A stretch of 64,000 nt of DNA from Nitrospinales bacterium (GTDB taxonomy: Bacteria; Nitrospinota; Nitrospinia; Nitrospinales; VA-1), in contig CBDCXL010000001.1 in the NCBI GenBank assembly GCA_965223795.1, forward strand, positions 256,001-320,000. The letters are read 5' to 3'. The notes beneath the pieces were generated by a model, which searched no databases, was not told the DNA's origin, and saw only the letters and a list, made by a program, of their open reading frames with translations. A program made the position numbers and the translations under genes. Positions 1 through 14,860 of this stretch are shown here, one piece after another (position 1 is the first letter of the stretch; every line of letters begins with the position of its first letter).

Positions 1-447
<447 letters not shown>

Positions 448-453
448 GCGACG

Positions 454-1395
454 ATGCCCCTAAGCGTGAAAAACATTCTGGGAACCCGCGGGATGCTCCG
501 GGAGGATCTCACGACCATCCTGGACACGGCGGATTCCTTCAAGGAGATCTCCACGCGCGAGATCAAGAAGGTGCCGACGCTGCGCGGCCGCACGGTGATC
601 AATCTGTTCTTCGAGCCGAGCACGCGCACGCGCACCTCGTTCGAGATCGCCGGCAAGCGGCTGAGCGCGGACGTGATCAACATCTCCGGCTCCACCAGCA
701 GCACGGTGAAGGGGGAGAACCTGATCGACACCGCGCGCAACCTGGAGGCGATGAACCCGGACATCTTGGTGGTGCGCCACGCCAGTGCCGGGGCCCCCGC
801 CCTGCTGGCCGATTTCGTGAACTGCCCGATCATCAACGCCGGCGACGGCGCGCACGAGCACCCGACCCAGGCGCTGCTGGACCTGCTGACGATCCGCGAG
901 CACAAGGGCAAGCTGGAGGGGCTCAAGGTGGCGATCGTCGGCGACATCCTGCACAGCCGGGTGACGCGCTCGAACATCCACGCTATGAAGACGCTGGGCA
1001 TGCAGGTGACGCTGGCCGGGCCGGCGACGCTGATGCCGTACGGCATCGAGCAACTGGGCGTGCGGGTGTGCCACGACCTGACCGAAGCGATCCGCGACGT
1101 GGACGTCATCATGATGCTGCGCATCCAGCAGGAGCGGCAGAACAAGTTCCATCTGGCCGGTCTCAGGGAATACGCCAACCTGTTCGGCCTCACAACCGCC
1201 CGGCTGAAGGATGCGCGGGACGATGTGCTGATCGTCCATCCCGGTCCGGTGAACCGGGGCATCGAGATCGCGCTGGACGTGATGGAAGGGCCGCATTCGG
1301 TGATTCTCAATCAGGTCACGAATGGGGTGGCGGTGCGCATGGCGCTCATGTATCTTCTTCTGGGCGAGACCAGGGAAGAACTCACGCAGGTCTGA
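454..1395 (+). CDS. pyrB: Aspartate carbamoyltransferase catalytic subunit
   Basis: [37 protein letters not shown] motifs. Confidence 0.98.
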   Translation: MPLSVKNILGTRGMLREDLTTILDTADSFKEISTREIKKVPTLRGRTVINLFFEPSTRTRTSFEIAGKRLSADVINISGSTSSTVKGENLIDTARNLEAMNPDILVVRHASAGAPALLADFVNCPIINAGDGAHEHPTQALLDLLTIREHKGKLEGLKVAIVGDILHSRVTRSNIHAMKTLGMQVTLAGPATLMPYGIEQLGVRVCHDLTEAIRDVDVIMMLRIQQERQNKFHLAGLREYANLFGLTTARLKDARDDVLIVHPGPVNRGIEIALDVMEGPHSVILNQVTNGVAVRMALMYLLLGETREELTQV

Positions 1396-1405
1396 CGAAT
1401 TTTTT

Positions 1406-2701
1406 ATGAAAACACTGATTAAAAATGGCCGTGTGATCGACCCCGCCAACGGGCGGGACGGGCTGTTCGATGTGCTGATCGAAAACGGGACGATCGCCGC
1501 GGTCGAGAAAAAGGGCAAGGTGAGCGCGGCGAAGGCCAAATCGGCGGCGGTGATCGACGCGGCGGGCAAGGTGGTGGCGCCGGGGTTCATCGACATGCAC
1601 GTGCATTTCCGCGAGCCGGGGTTCGAATACAAGGAAACCATCGAGAGCGGCTGCCAGTCCGCGGCGGCGGGCGGATTCACCGCGGTGGCGGTGATGCCCA
1701 ACACCAACCCGGTCAACGACACGCGTTCGGTCACGGAGCTGATGCTGGCGCGGGCAAGGGAAAAAGGCATCGTGCGGGTGTATCCCATCGGCGCGATCAC
1801 CCTGGGGCTCAAGGGCGAAGCGCTCACCGAGATGGGCGATCTCAAGGAAGCGGGCGTGGTGGGGTTCTCGGACGACGGCCGGCCGGTGATGAACAACGAG
1901 CTGATGCGCCGCGCCTTCGAGTACAGCCGCATGTTCGGCCTGCCCTGCATCCAGCACAGCGAGATCCTCGATCTCACCGAGGGCGGCTCGATGAACGAGG
2001 GGCTGGTCTCCACCGAGCTGGGGCTCAAGGGCATGCCCACGGAAGCGGAGGACATCATGGTGTACCGCGATATCGCCCTGCTGAGGAAAACCGGCGGCAA
2101 ACTGCACGTGGCGCACATTTCCAGCGCCGGGGCGGTGGAGCTGGTGCGGCTGGCCAAGGCGAAGGGGCTGCCGGTCACCTGCGAGGTGGCGCCGCATCAT
2201 TTCACGCTCACCGATGAAGCGGTGCGCGGTTTCGACACCAACACGAAAATGAGCCCGCCGCTCAGGACGCAGGAGGACATTGAAGCCATCAAGGAAGGGC
2301 TGAAGGATGATACGATAGACATTATCGCCACCGACCACGCGCCGCACGACGTGACGGACAAGCAGGTGGAGTTCGACCGCGCCTGTTTCGGGATCGTCGG
2401 GCTGGAAACGGCGCTGCCGCTCACGCTGGGCCTGGTGGAGGAAGGCGTCCTGACGCTGGCGAGAGCGGTGGAAAAGCTGACGTCGCGGCCCGCGGAAATT
2501 TTCGGCCTGGAGCAAGGATCGCTGGGCGAAGGCAGGGACGCGGATGTGGTGGTTTTCGATCCTGAGGACGAATACGTGATCGATGTTTCGCAGTTCAAAT
2601 CCAAAAGCAAGAATTCTCCCTATCACGGCTGGAAGGTCAAGGGGCGCGTGCTCCACACCCTCGTCGGCGGAACAACGGTGTATTCCGCCCCCTCCCGATG
2701 A
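1406..2701 (+). CDS. pyrC: Dihydroorotase
   Basis: PGFIDMHVHFREPG, MPNTNP, IATDHAPH; ATG at 1406 just after pyrB stop. Confidence 0.96.
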   Translation: MKTLIKNGRVIDPANGRDGLFDVLIENGTIAAVEKKGKVSAAKAKSAAVIDAAGKVVAPGFIDMHVHFREPGFEYKETIESGCQSAAAGGFTAVAVMPNTNPVNDTRSVTELMLARAREKGIVRVYPIGAITLGLKGEALTEMGDLKEAGVVGFSDDGRPVMNNELMRRAFEYSRMFGLPCIQHSEILDLTEGGSMNEGLVSTELGLKGMPTEAEDIMVYRDIALLRKTGGKLHVAHISSAGAVELVRLAKAKGLPVTCEVAPHHFTLTDEAVRGFDTNTKMSPPLRTQEDIEAIKEGLKDDTIDIIATDHAPHDVTDKQVEFDRACFGIVGLETALPLTLGLVEEGVLTLARAVEKLTSRPAEIFGLEQGSLGEGRDADVVVFDPEDEYVIDVSQFKSKSKNSPYHGWKVKGRVLHTLVGGTTVYSAPSR

Positions 2702-2720
2702 TCCTATCCCGGTTTAAGGC

Positions 2721-3836
2721 ATGAAAGCGGTACTGGCACTGGCGGACGGCAGGACATTCACAGGCACCTCCTTCGGCGCGGAAGGCGAGGTCGAGGCGGA
2801 AGTGGTGTTCAACACCAGCATGTGCGGCTACCAGGAGGTGCTCACGGACCCGTCCTACTGCGGCCAGATGGTGGTGATGACCTACCCGCTCATCGGCAAT
2901 TACGGCGTCAATCCCGAGGACTTCGAATCGGCGCGGCCGCATCTCAAGGGTTTCATCATCCGCGAGCTGAGCGGGATTCCCAGCAATTGGCGCTCGCAGG
3001 GGACGCTGGATCAATTTCTCAAAAATTACGGCATTGTCGGCATCCAGGGCGTGGACACGCGCGCGCTGACGCGCCACATCCGCGACGCCGGGGCGCAGCA
3101 GGCGGTGATCTCCACGCGCACGTCGGATGTGAAAAAGCTGGTCGAGCGCGCCCGCAAATCGCCGAGCCTGGTCGGGCAGGACCTGGTGCGGGAAGTCTCC
3201 TGTCAAACGGCGTATTCCTGGACCGAGGGGGAAAAGAGCCTCAACGGCGCCGCCGGAGAGCCGGCGCAGCCCGGCGATTTTTCGGTGGTGGCGTACGATT
3301 TCGGGGTCAAGCGCAACATCCTCAGGATGCTGGTGGACGCCGGCTGCCGGGTGCAGGTGGTGCCCGCTTCCACGCCGGCGAAGGACGTGCTCGCCATGCA
3401 GCCGGACGGCATTTTCCTGTCCAACGGTCCGGGGGACCCGGCGGCCGTCTCCTATGCGGTTGAGAATGTGCGGCGGCTGGTCGATAAGGTTCCTGTATTC
3501 GGAATCTGCCTGGGCCACCAGATCCTCACCCTGGCGCTGGGGGCGCGCACCTACAAACTGCGGTTCGGCCACCACGGCGGCAACCAGCCGGTGATGGATC
3601 TGACCACCCGCAAGGTGGAGATCACCTCGCAGAACCACGGGTTCGCGGTGGACGGCGATTCCGTGGCCAAAGACGTGGAGGTGATCTCGGTCAACCTCAA
3701 CGACGACACGGTGGAGGGCATCCGCCACAGGGCCCTGCCCGTGTTTTCGGTGCAGTACCATCCTGAAGCCTCGCCCGGTCCCCACGATTCGGGCCACCTT
3801 TTCCAGCGGTTCGTGGAGATGATGAAAGGACACTGA
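2721..3836 (+). CDS. carA: Carbamoyl-phosphate synthase small subunit
   Basis: [40 protein letters not shown]. Confidence 0.98.
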   Translation: MKAVLALADGRTFTGTSFGAEGEVEAEVVFNTSMCGYQEVLTDPSYCGQMVVMTYPLIGNYGVNPEDFESARPHLKGFIIRELSGIPSNWRSQGTLDQFLKNYGIVGIQGVDTRALTRHIRDAGAQQAVISTRTSDVKKLVERARKSPSLVGQDLVREVSCQTAYSWTEGEKSLNGAAGEPAQPGDFSVVAYDFGVKRNILRMLVDAGCRVQVVPASTPAKDVLAMQPDGIFLSNGPGDPAAVSYAVENVRRLVDKVPVFGICLGHQILTLALGARTYKLRFGHHGGNQPVMDLTTRKVEITSQNHGFAVDGDSVAKDVEVISVNLNDDTVEGIRHRALPVFSVQYHPEASPGPHDSGHLFQRFVEMMKGH

Positions 3837-3838
3837 AT

Positions 3839-4705
3839 TTGAAAGAGCAATACGATGCGCTGATCGAGTCCATCACCCGCGACCGCTACGACATCCTGGA
3901 GGCGCGCAAGGAATACCAGAAGCATTCGGGCGAGATCTACGAGGACGACAAATCCTACGAGGCGCGCATGGGCATGTTTCTCGAATGGTTCGTCTTCGAC
4001 CGGCTGCTGCCCGGCACGCAGAACACCCTGCTCGAAAAGCTGCTGCAGGGGAACGGTGCGGGCTGGGCGCCGCACGAACGCCGGGCGTATGAAACCTTCT
4101 CCGGCAGCGTCCACGGCCTGTTCATTCCCAAGAAGATCAAGGATACGTACGTGGTGGTGCTCAATCTGTTCGACAACACCAAGTACACGGTGAAAGAGAA
4201 CCAGGGAAAGATTCTGTTCAACAAGGACGATATATTCGAAGGCCGCCTGGTGCCGATGGGTGAGGATTATTTCTTTTCCGGCTGCTTCTGCTTTCATCCC
4301 GACGGCGCGGGCAGGTACATCCGCGACAAGGTCAAAGCCATCGTGGCGGTGCAGGAAGGGCACAAAAAGACGCTCAAGGGCCTCAACTCGAATCTGAACT
4401 CGTGCGAATCGCGCATGGATAAAAACGCGCGCGAGATCGACAAGCTCAACGCCAAGATCGCGAAAACCGACGCCGAAGCCAAACTGAAATCGCTGAACGA
4501 GAAGCTCGATGCCTTAAAAACGGTGCGGTCGGAACTGCATCAGGAAAAATCGGCGCTGGAAAGCGACAAGCAGCATCTGGAAACGCAGAAAATGAAGATC
4601 GAGTTCCGCGAGGCCTGCAACCTGCTGATGCAGCGACTGGGCTACATGAACCTCAAGTGGGAGCGTTCCCGCCAGATCGACCTCAACGACATCTACCGGG
4701 ACTGA
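3839..4705 (+). CDS. Hypothetical protein with long C-terminal coiled coil, embedded between carA and carB
   Basis: 288-aa ORF, TTG start 2 nt after carA stop, stop 2 nt before carB ATG; protein-like composition. Confidence 0.85.
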   Translation: MKEQYDALIESITRDRYDILEARKEYQKHSGEIYEDDKSYEARMGMFLEWFVFDRLLPGTQNTLLEKLLQGNGAGWAPHERRAYETFSGSVHGLFIPKKIKDTYVVVLNLFDNTKYTVKENQGKILFNKDDIFEGRLVPMGEDYFFSGCFCFHPDGAGRYIRDKVKAIVAVQEGHKKTLKGLNSNLNSCESRMDKNAREIDKLNAKIAKTDAEAKLKSLNEKLDALKTVRSELHQEKSALESDKQHLETQKMKIEFREACNLLMQRLGYMNLKWERSRQIDLNDIYRD

Positions 4706-4707
4706 CC

Positions 4708-7944
<3,237 letters not shown>

Positions 7945-8284
7945 ATCATTTTGCCCTCTTCCTTACAGGTAGAGGACATATTATGTGATTCGAGTGCTTT
8001 GATGAGTGAGAATGTGACAGAAAACGATGAAAGTATTTTGTGTCCACTCCCTTTGATGAATGGATTATGGAATTTGAATTGGAAAATGAGTTTTATCGTA
8101 AAACCTGATCGTGAATCGGGGTGAAGTCCATGGGACTCGCATTTATTAAGTATTAAAACAATATGAGCCGGGTTTCCTGGCACCTGTCAGCGACAAGAAA
8201 CCCGGTTGTGGAACTTTCAAAGTAATGATTGAAGTTCTTCATAAACTCCAGTATTAAAAAATGGAAATTTTAATGGCAGCGGTT

Positions 8285-8680
8285 TTAGCGCAAGTTCCTT
8301 CCAAAATTAGCCGAGGGTGCCCGACCCATTGGTGCCGTTGCCTTAGGAGTTTTTCTCACGGTGGCATTTGATGAGCCATTGCCATAGAAGAAACCTCCTT
8401 TTCCAATTCTGCTGAATTTGTCTCCTTTCACCACTCCATCGAGCCGCTTGTTTTTGCAATAGGGACCTGTCGCAGATTGTCCACAAGCGCTGCCGGTGGG
8501 ACAGCTGACACAAATTTGAGTCCCCGGAACACAACAATATTGGTACACAACGCCTCTGCTCCCTGAGTTTCCTGCTGCGTTCACAATTGTCGGGATTGAT
8601 AATAAAATCATGAGAAGAAACATGGTTCCTTTGATTTTCAGATCGAACAACTTATAAAATGATTTTTTTGCAGTATTCAT
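8285..8680 (-). CDS. Small secreted cysteine-rich protein
   Basis: 131 aa; hydrophobic signal-like MFLLMILLSIPTIVNA; six Cys in CCVPGTQICVSCPTGSACGQSATGPYC; AAGGGGAC RBS-like upstream. Confidence 0.65.
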   Translation of the reverse strand: MNTAKKSFYKLFDLKIKGTMFLLMILLSIPTIVNAAGNSGSRGVVYQYCCVPGTQICVSCPTGSACGQSATGPYCKNKRLDGVVKGDKFSRIGKGGFFYGNGSSNATVRKTPKATAPMGRAPSANFGRNLR

Positions 8681-8760
8681 TTTTGTCCCCCTTATTAAGG
8701 TGTGATCAACGAAAAAGCTTGAAATATTTTGTTAAGCCGTTATTGGCCTAGAGTCTAAAA

Positions 8761-8777
8761 TGCAATTGACATGCCTA
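8761..8777 (-). promoter_or_regulatory. Candidate sigma-54 (-24/-12) promoter
   Basis: Minus strand TAGGCATGTCAATTGCA = GG-N10-GC, ~80 nt upstream of the 8680 start. Confidence 0.55.
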
Positions 8778-9237
8778 AACGGGAGAGAAATTTATTCTGT
8801 TTGTTTGCAATATTTTAAGCATAACGATTCATCGATTTATTTTATAAATGTGCATGGACCATGCATAGGACCATGCATGTTTTCATGGAAGCTGTGAAGC
8901 AAAGGTGACTTGTTTCGGCAACCTTGACGAATGATAAAAAAAATTTTTCCAAGTGGCAGGAATGCAATGCAACCAGCAATCAACTTATTTGATCAGTAAG
9001 TGCGTTATGTATACAAGTACCGGCATGGCGGGTAGGAAGAGTCTGGAAATTATTGTAGAGGCGGGTTTTCCAAAAATACTAATCTTAAAAAAAAGGATAA
9101 GGAGGTAGCCATGATTTAGGTCAAAGCAGTATCAGCTTTTTCCCTTTGCATCTTCTCGGATTTGCGCAAGACCACCTCTGCTTTTATCCCGCCTTGATCC
9201 TGTCAATCCTGTCTAATTATTTATCTGAAGCTTTGCG

Positions 9238-11224
<1,987 letters not shown>

Positions 11225-11309
11225 AACGGCCCGTAATGCAGGGTTTTGTAATAACCAGCGACGAATCGCCATGAAGGTAGTCTGGCTATATCGCGACTTT
11301 ATGGAGATC

Positions 11310-11327
11310 CTGTCACAATCCTGTCAC
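11310..11327 (+). promoter_or_regulatory. OmpR/PhoB-type direct repeat (Pho-box-like)
   Basis: CTGTCAC-AATC-CTGTCAC, 11-bp period, upstream of the DUF3365 gene. Confidence 0.45.
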
Positions 11328-11407
11328 ATTCCCCGGCGGGCTGAAACGGGTGTCCGCTTTTACAGTGTTTTAGGGAAGAGGCTTCGGAGCGCGGAAGGGA
11401 TACGGGG

Positions 11408-12352
11408 TCAGCGGTCGGCAGGCAGGGTGCGCATGGCGGTGGTCCTGGCTGGAGAGGGACCGGGCGCGGACTGGAACGGCCGCGGGCGGTAGGCGGGGTT
11501 GGTCCTGCGGGAGCGCACGAGCTGTCCTTTGGCGAATTCGGTGCCGGCCATGATGGCGGCGATGGCAAACCGTGCCTGCACCTGACGGACGCGCACCACG
11601 CCCTGGCGGGTGAAACGGCCGCCCAGGTCCTGTTTGCTGAAGGGATCGGTCTGGTTCAGGACGACGGAATAGACGGTGAAGTCGTCGCCGAAACCGACGC
11701 CGTTCTCGCGGCCGAGGTTGATGAGGATTTCCTTGTTTTCCATGTCCACGGCGATCACTTCCCCTTCGAGCGGCAGGACGTAGAGGGTGTGGGTGATGAA
11801 ATCGCTGATCTGGCGGTTGAGTTCGAGCAGGGTTTTGCCGATGGAGGTGCGCTGAAACGCGGCGTCGGTGAAATCCAGCCGGGTGCCGTCGAACTCGAAG
11901 GGAATCACGCCGGAGATGGATTCGGCGTCGAACCGCTTGCGGGCGAGGGACTCTTTGGCGTGATGGCTGAGGATCTCGATCTCGATGGCGATCTCGGCGC
12001 GCTGCTTGATGGTTTCCGGCGCATCGAACACTTTCTGTGCCTTGGTGGGCGGTTCGCCCGGATCGAACTTCAGCACGTTGCCGCGGATGAGGTACTGCAC
12101 CGGGTGGCGCATCGCGCCTGCGCCGGCGTCGCCTTTTTTGGGCACCGGCAGGAGGTGGAAGGTTCCGCTTTCCCGCACGGAATGCTCGAGCATGCGCTTC
12201 ACCAGCGGACCGGGCGCGTAGGCGGCGGTCCATCCGGCGGGATTGGCGACGGGCAGGATGGAGAGCTTGTTTTTATACTGCGCGGGCGCGGATTCGGCCG
12301 TCGCCAGGCAAATCAAAAGTGCGGTGAAAAATCCGGTTTGAAATCGTCGCAA
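11408..12352 (-). CDS. Exported CsgG/FlgT-like protein (FlgT C-terminal-type domain)
   Basis: Signal peptide; PLEGEVIAVD..EILINLGRENGVGFGDDFTVY C-terminal motif; GGGAGG RBS before TTG. Confidence 0.65.
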   Translation of the reverse strand: MRRFQTGFFTALLICLATAESAPAQYKNKLSILPVANPAGWTAAYAPGPLVKRMLEHSVRESGTFHLLPVPKKGDAGAGAMRHPVQYLIRGNVLKFDPGEPPTKAQKVFDAPETIKQRAEIAIEIEILSHHAKESLARKRFDAESISGVIPFEFDGTRLDFTDAAFQRTSIGKTLLELNRQISDFITHTLYVLPLEGEVIAVDMENKEILINLGRENGVGFGDDFTVYSVVLNQTDPFSKQDLGGRFTRQGVVRVRQVQARFAIAAIMAGTEFAKGQLVRSRRTNPAYRPRPFQSAPGPSPARTTAMRTLPADR

Positions 12353-12379
12353 AACAGCCTCCCGGTAGCGTTCACCCTT

Positions 12380-12406
12380 ATATCGTCGCGCCCTTTGAAA
12401 ATCTGA
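12380..12406 (-). promoter_or_regulatory. Candidate sigma-28 (FliA) promoter
   Basis: Minus strand TCAG-N15-GACGATAT vs consensus TAAA-N15-GCCGATAA, upstream of FlgT-like gene. Confidence 0.4.
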
Positions 12407-12519
12407 ACCTTGCGGACCGGGATTTACGGATTTAAATGGCCGCTGTGCGGTTTTCCGGCTTTATCGCCGGAAGGAAACGGCCGTTCGCGGGTCCGGCTTG
12501 CGCGTGCGGTTATGAACTC

Positions 12520-12548
12520 TTGACCCGCTTCGCTTCGGTACGTACAAT
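12520..12548 (+). promoter_or_regulatory. Sigma-70 promoter
   Basis: TTGACC-17-TACAAT ending 7 nt before ATG 12556. Confidence 0.6.
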
Positions 12549-12555
12549 CATTGTC

Positions 12556-13398
12556 ATGAAACAATGGCTTGCCTTTTTATTCTGCTGCGTGTTCGCCTTG
12601 CCTCTCCCCTCCTGGTCGGAAACCGAGCCCGATGACATGGTCTGGATCCCCGAAGGTTGTTTCATGATGGGGACCGACAAGGTGTATTATTACGAAGCCC
12701 TGGACGAGAACCTCCGCGAGCGGCCGCTGCACGAGGTGTGCGTGGACGGATTCTGGCTGGAAAAGACGGAGGTGCCGCAATATAAATGGAACGACGTGAT
12801 GCAGTACAACAATGCCACGTTCCAGGAACCCGAACTGCCGATCACCGGAATCACCTGGAAGGAAGCGGTGGATTACTGCACCCGCATCGGCCGCAGGCTG
12901 CCCACGGAGGCGGAATGGGAATACGCGGCGCGGGCGGGCAGCCTGACGGAAAACCCCTGGGGCGACGGCATCGACCGGGAGCATTTGTGGTACCTGGGGA
13001 ATTCGCGGCGCAAACTGTCTCCGGTCGGGATGAAGAAACCCAACGCCTTCGGCCTGCACGACATGATGGGAAGCGTCTGGGAATGGGTGGAGGACTGGTA
13101 TTCGGAAAACTTTTACAAGGTCAGCCCGAAGAACAACCCCAGGGGTCCCGAGCGGGGCAGCTTTCACGTCATCCGCGGCGCGTCCTGGGTCGATGACGAG
13201 GATGCCATCCGCGTCATGGTGCGGCAACCCGGACTGGCGGACCACACGCTGGAATACTGGGTGGGCGTGCGCTGCGCGATGACCCCCGGCAAAAAGGAAG
13301 GTAAGGCAGAAGTTAAAGAGGACGTCAAAAAAGAAAACAAACAGGACAGCGAAAAAGACAAAAAAGAGGCTCCCAAAGACAGCAAAAAAGAAAACTGA
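12556..13398 (+). CDS. Formylglycine-generating enzyme (FGE-sulfatase/SUMF1) family exported protein
   Basis: Signal peptide; FMMG, RLPTEAEWEYAARAG, PNAFGLHDMMGSVWEW, GVRCA; K/E-rich tail. Confidence 0.9.
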   Translation: MKQWLAFLFCCVFALPLPSWSETEPDDMVWIPEGCFMMGTDKVYYYEALDENLRERPLHEVCVDGFWLEKTEVPQYKWNDVMQYNNATFQEPELPITGITWKEAVDYCTRIGRRLPTEAEWEYAARAGSLTENPWGDGIDREHLWYLGNSRRKLSPVGMKKPNAFGLHDMMGSVWEWVEDWYSENFYKVSPKNNPRGPERGSFHVIRGASWVDDEDAIRVMVRQPGLADHTLEYWVGVRCAMTPGKKEGKAEVKEDVKKENKQDSEKDKKEAPKDSKKEN

Positions 13399-13461
13399 CT
13401 GCATCGCGCCCGGCCGGATTCCGCAATCCGCCGTCCTATCCCCATTCCACGCACATCCACC

Positions 13462-14103
13462 TTGAATTCGAAAACCGTCCACCGTATCTACGAAAAGTTG
13501 AGCCGCCGCTTTTCCGACGCGCGCTCGGAACTCGATTTCAGCAACCCGTTCGAGCTTCTGGTGGCGGTGATTCTCAGCGCCCAGGCCACGGACAAATCGG
13601 TCAACGCCGCGACGAAGAACCTGTTTCCGCGCTATTCGACGCCGCAGAAGCTGCTGGATCTGGGGGAAACCCGGCTGCGCCGGCACATTCAGTCGATCGG
13701 GCTGGCGCCGACCAAGGCGAAGAATCTCATGAAAACCTGCCACATCCTGATCGAGCAGCACGGCGGCGCCGTTCCGGGTGAGCGCGAACCGCTGGAAAAG
13801 CTGCCCGGCGTGGGGCGCAAGACCGCCAACGTCGTCCTCAACGAGGGATTCGGCCAGCCCACCATCGCGGTGGACACGCATGTGTTCCGGGTGTCGCAGC
13901 GCACCGGGCTGGCGCCGGGAAAGAACGTGCTTGAAACCGAGCTGAAGCTGCTCAAAATCACGCCGGAAAAGTGGAAAAAGAACGCGCACCGCTATCTCAT
14001 TCTGCATGGCCGCTACGTGTGCAAGGCGAAAAACTTCGACTGCGGCGCCTGCGTCATCGAGAACGAATGCGGCTTTTCCGAGAAAGCGTATCGTGAGTCC
14101 TGA
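13462..14103 (+). CDS. nth: Endonuclease III
   Basis: FELLVAVILSAQATDKSVN, HhH LPGVGRKTANVV, VDTHVFR, C-terminal 4Fe-4S Cys cluster. Confidence 0.96.
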   Translation: MNSKTVHRIYEKLSRRFSDARSELDFSNPFELLVAVILSAQATDKSVNAATKNLFPRYSTPQKLLDLGETRLRRHIQSIGLAPTKAKNLMKTCHILIEQHGGAVPGEREPLEKLPGVGRKTANVVLNEGFGQPTIAVDTHVFRVSQRTGLAPGKNVLETELKLLKITPEKWKKNAHRYLILHGRYVCKAKNFDCGACVIENECGFSEKAYRES

Positions 14104-14842
14104 ACGGCTGCGCGATTATGGGCGCATACTGTCCCGGCTGGAATCGGCGCTGTCCGGCAACGGAGCGCTGGTGCCGCTGGGCGCCATCGCGTCCCCGGCG
14201 GGGACCTACTCCGTGAAAAAAGCCGTGCTGGGCCAGGGCGGCCGGCGGCGGGTGCTGATTTCCGCGGGCATTCACGGCGACGAGCCTGCGGGGGTGGAAG
14301 CGGTGTGCGCGTTTGTTGAGCGGAACACCGGTCTTGGCGACTGGGAGGCGACCTGTTTGCCCTGCATCAACCCGTACGGCTATGAGCATGGCATACGCGA
14401 GAACGGCGAGGCGGTGGACCTCAACCGGGTTTTTCACACCGGGAGCCCGCCGGAAGAAGTGCGGCTGGTGCAGTCGGTCTTTGACAAGCCGTTCGATCTG
14501 ACGCTGGAATTGCACGAGGATTCCGACAGCAGGGGCTACTATCTGTATCACTCGGGCGAAAAGGCATTGCAAGATGCGCTGCCCGCGAAGATTCTCGAGC
14601 GTGTTTCGGCCGTCATGCCGCTCAACCTCGATGCGGAGATCGACGGCAGCGCCGCGGGCGGCGGCGTGATCGACCGGGCGCCGGACCCGGACAGCATGGA
14701 CTGGTGGCCGATGGCGCTGTACGCGCGTTCACGCGGCGCGCGCTACTGCCTGACTCTGGAAACGGCGCCGGCGTTTCCGATGGAGCGGCGCGTTGAGGCG
14801 CACCTCACCGCCGTGCGGGCGGCGCTGCGACATTTCCCTTAA
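14093..14842 (+). CDS. M14 family metallocarboxypeptidase (AstE/AspA/MpaA-like)
   Basis: AGIHGDEPAG, NPYGY, DLNR, LHED, LTLET; GTG start overlaps nth stop. Confidence 0.85.
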   Translation: MSPERLRDYGRILSRLESALSGNGALVPLGAIASPAGTYSVKKAVLGQGGRRRVLISAGIHGDEPAGVEAVCAFVERNTGLGDWEATCLPCINPYGYEHGIRENGEAVDLNRVFHTGSPPEEVRLVQSVFDKPFDLTLELHEDSDSRGYYLYHSGEKALQDALPAKILERVSAVMPLNLDAEIDGSAAGGGVIDRAPDPDSMDWWPMALYARSRGARYCLTLETAPAFPMERRVEAHLTAVRAALRHFP

Positions 14843-14860
14843 GGCGCGCTGCAGGATGGC

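Larger units (their letters stand above)
7945..9237. other. AT-rich islet (putative horizontally acquired or decaying DNA)
   Basis: Abrupt shift from GC-rich coding DNA to A/T-run-rich sequence immediately after the carB stop, returning to GC-rich at the collagen gene. Confidence 0.7.

Noticed and set aside
448..1405. PyrR attenuators between pyr genes
   Set aside because: Intergenic gaps are only 6-10 nt; any leader lies upstream of the window
9197..9216. ATCCTGTCAATCCTGTCTAA short tandem motif at the islet edge
   Set aside because: Too short; 9-bp period differs from the 11-bp repeat at 11310; cannot assign a function or att site
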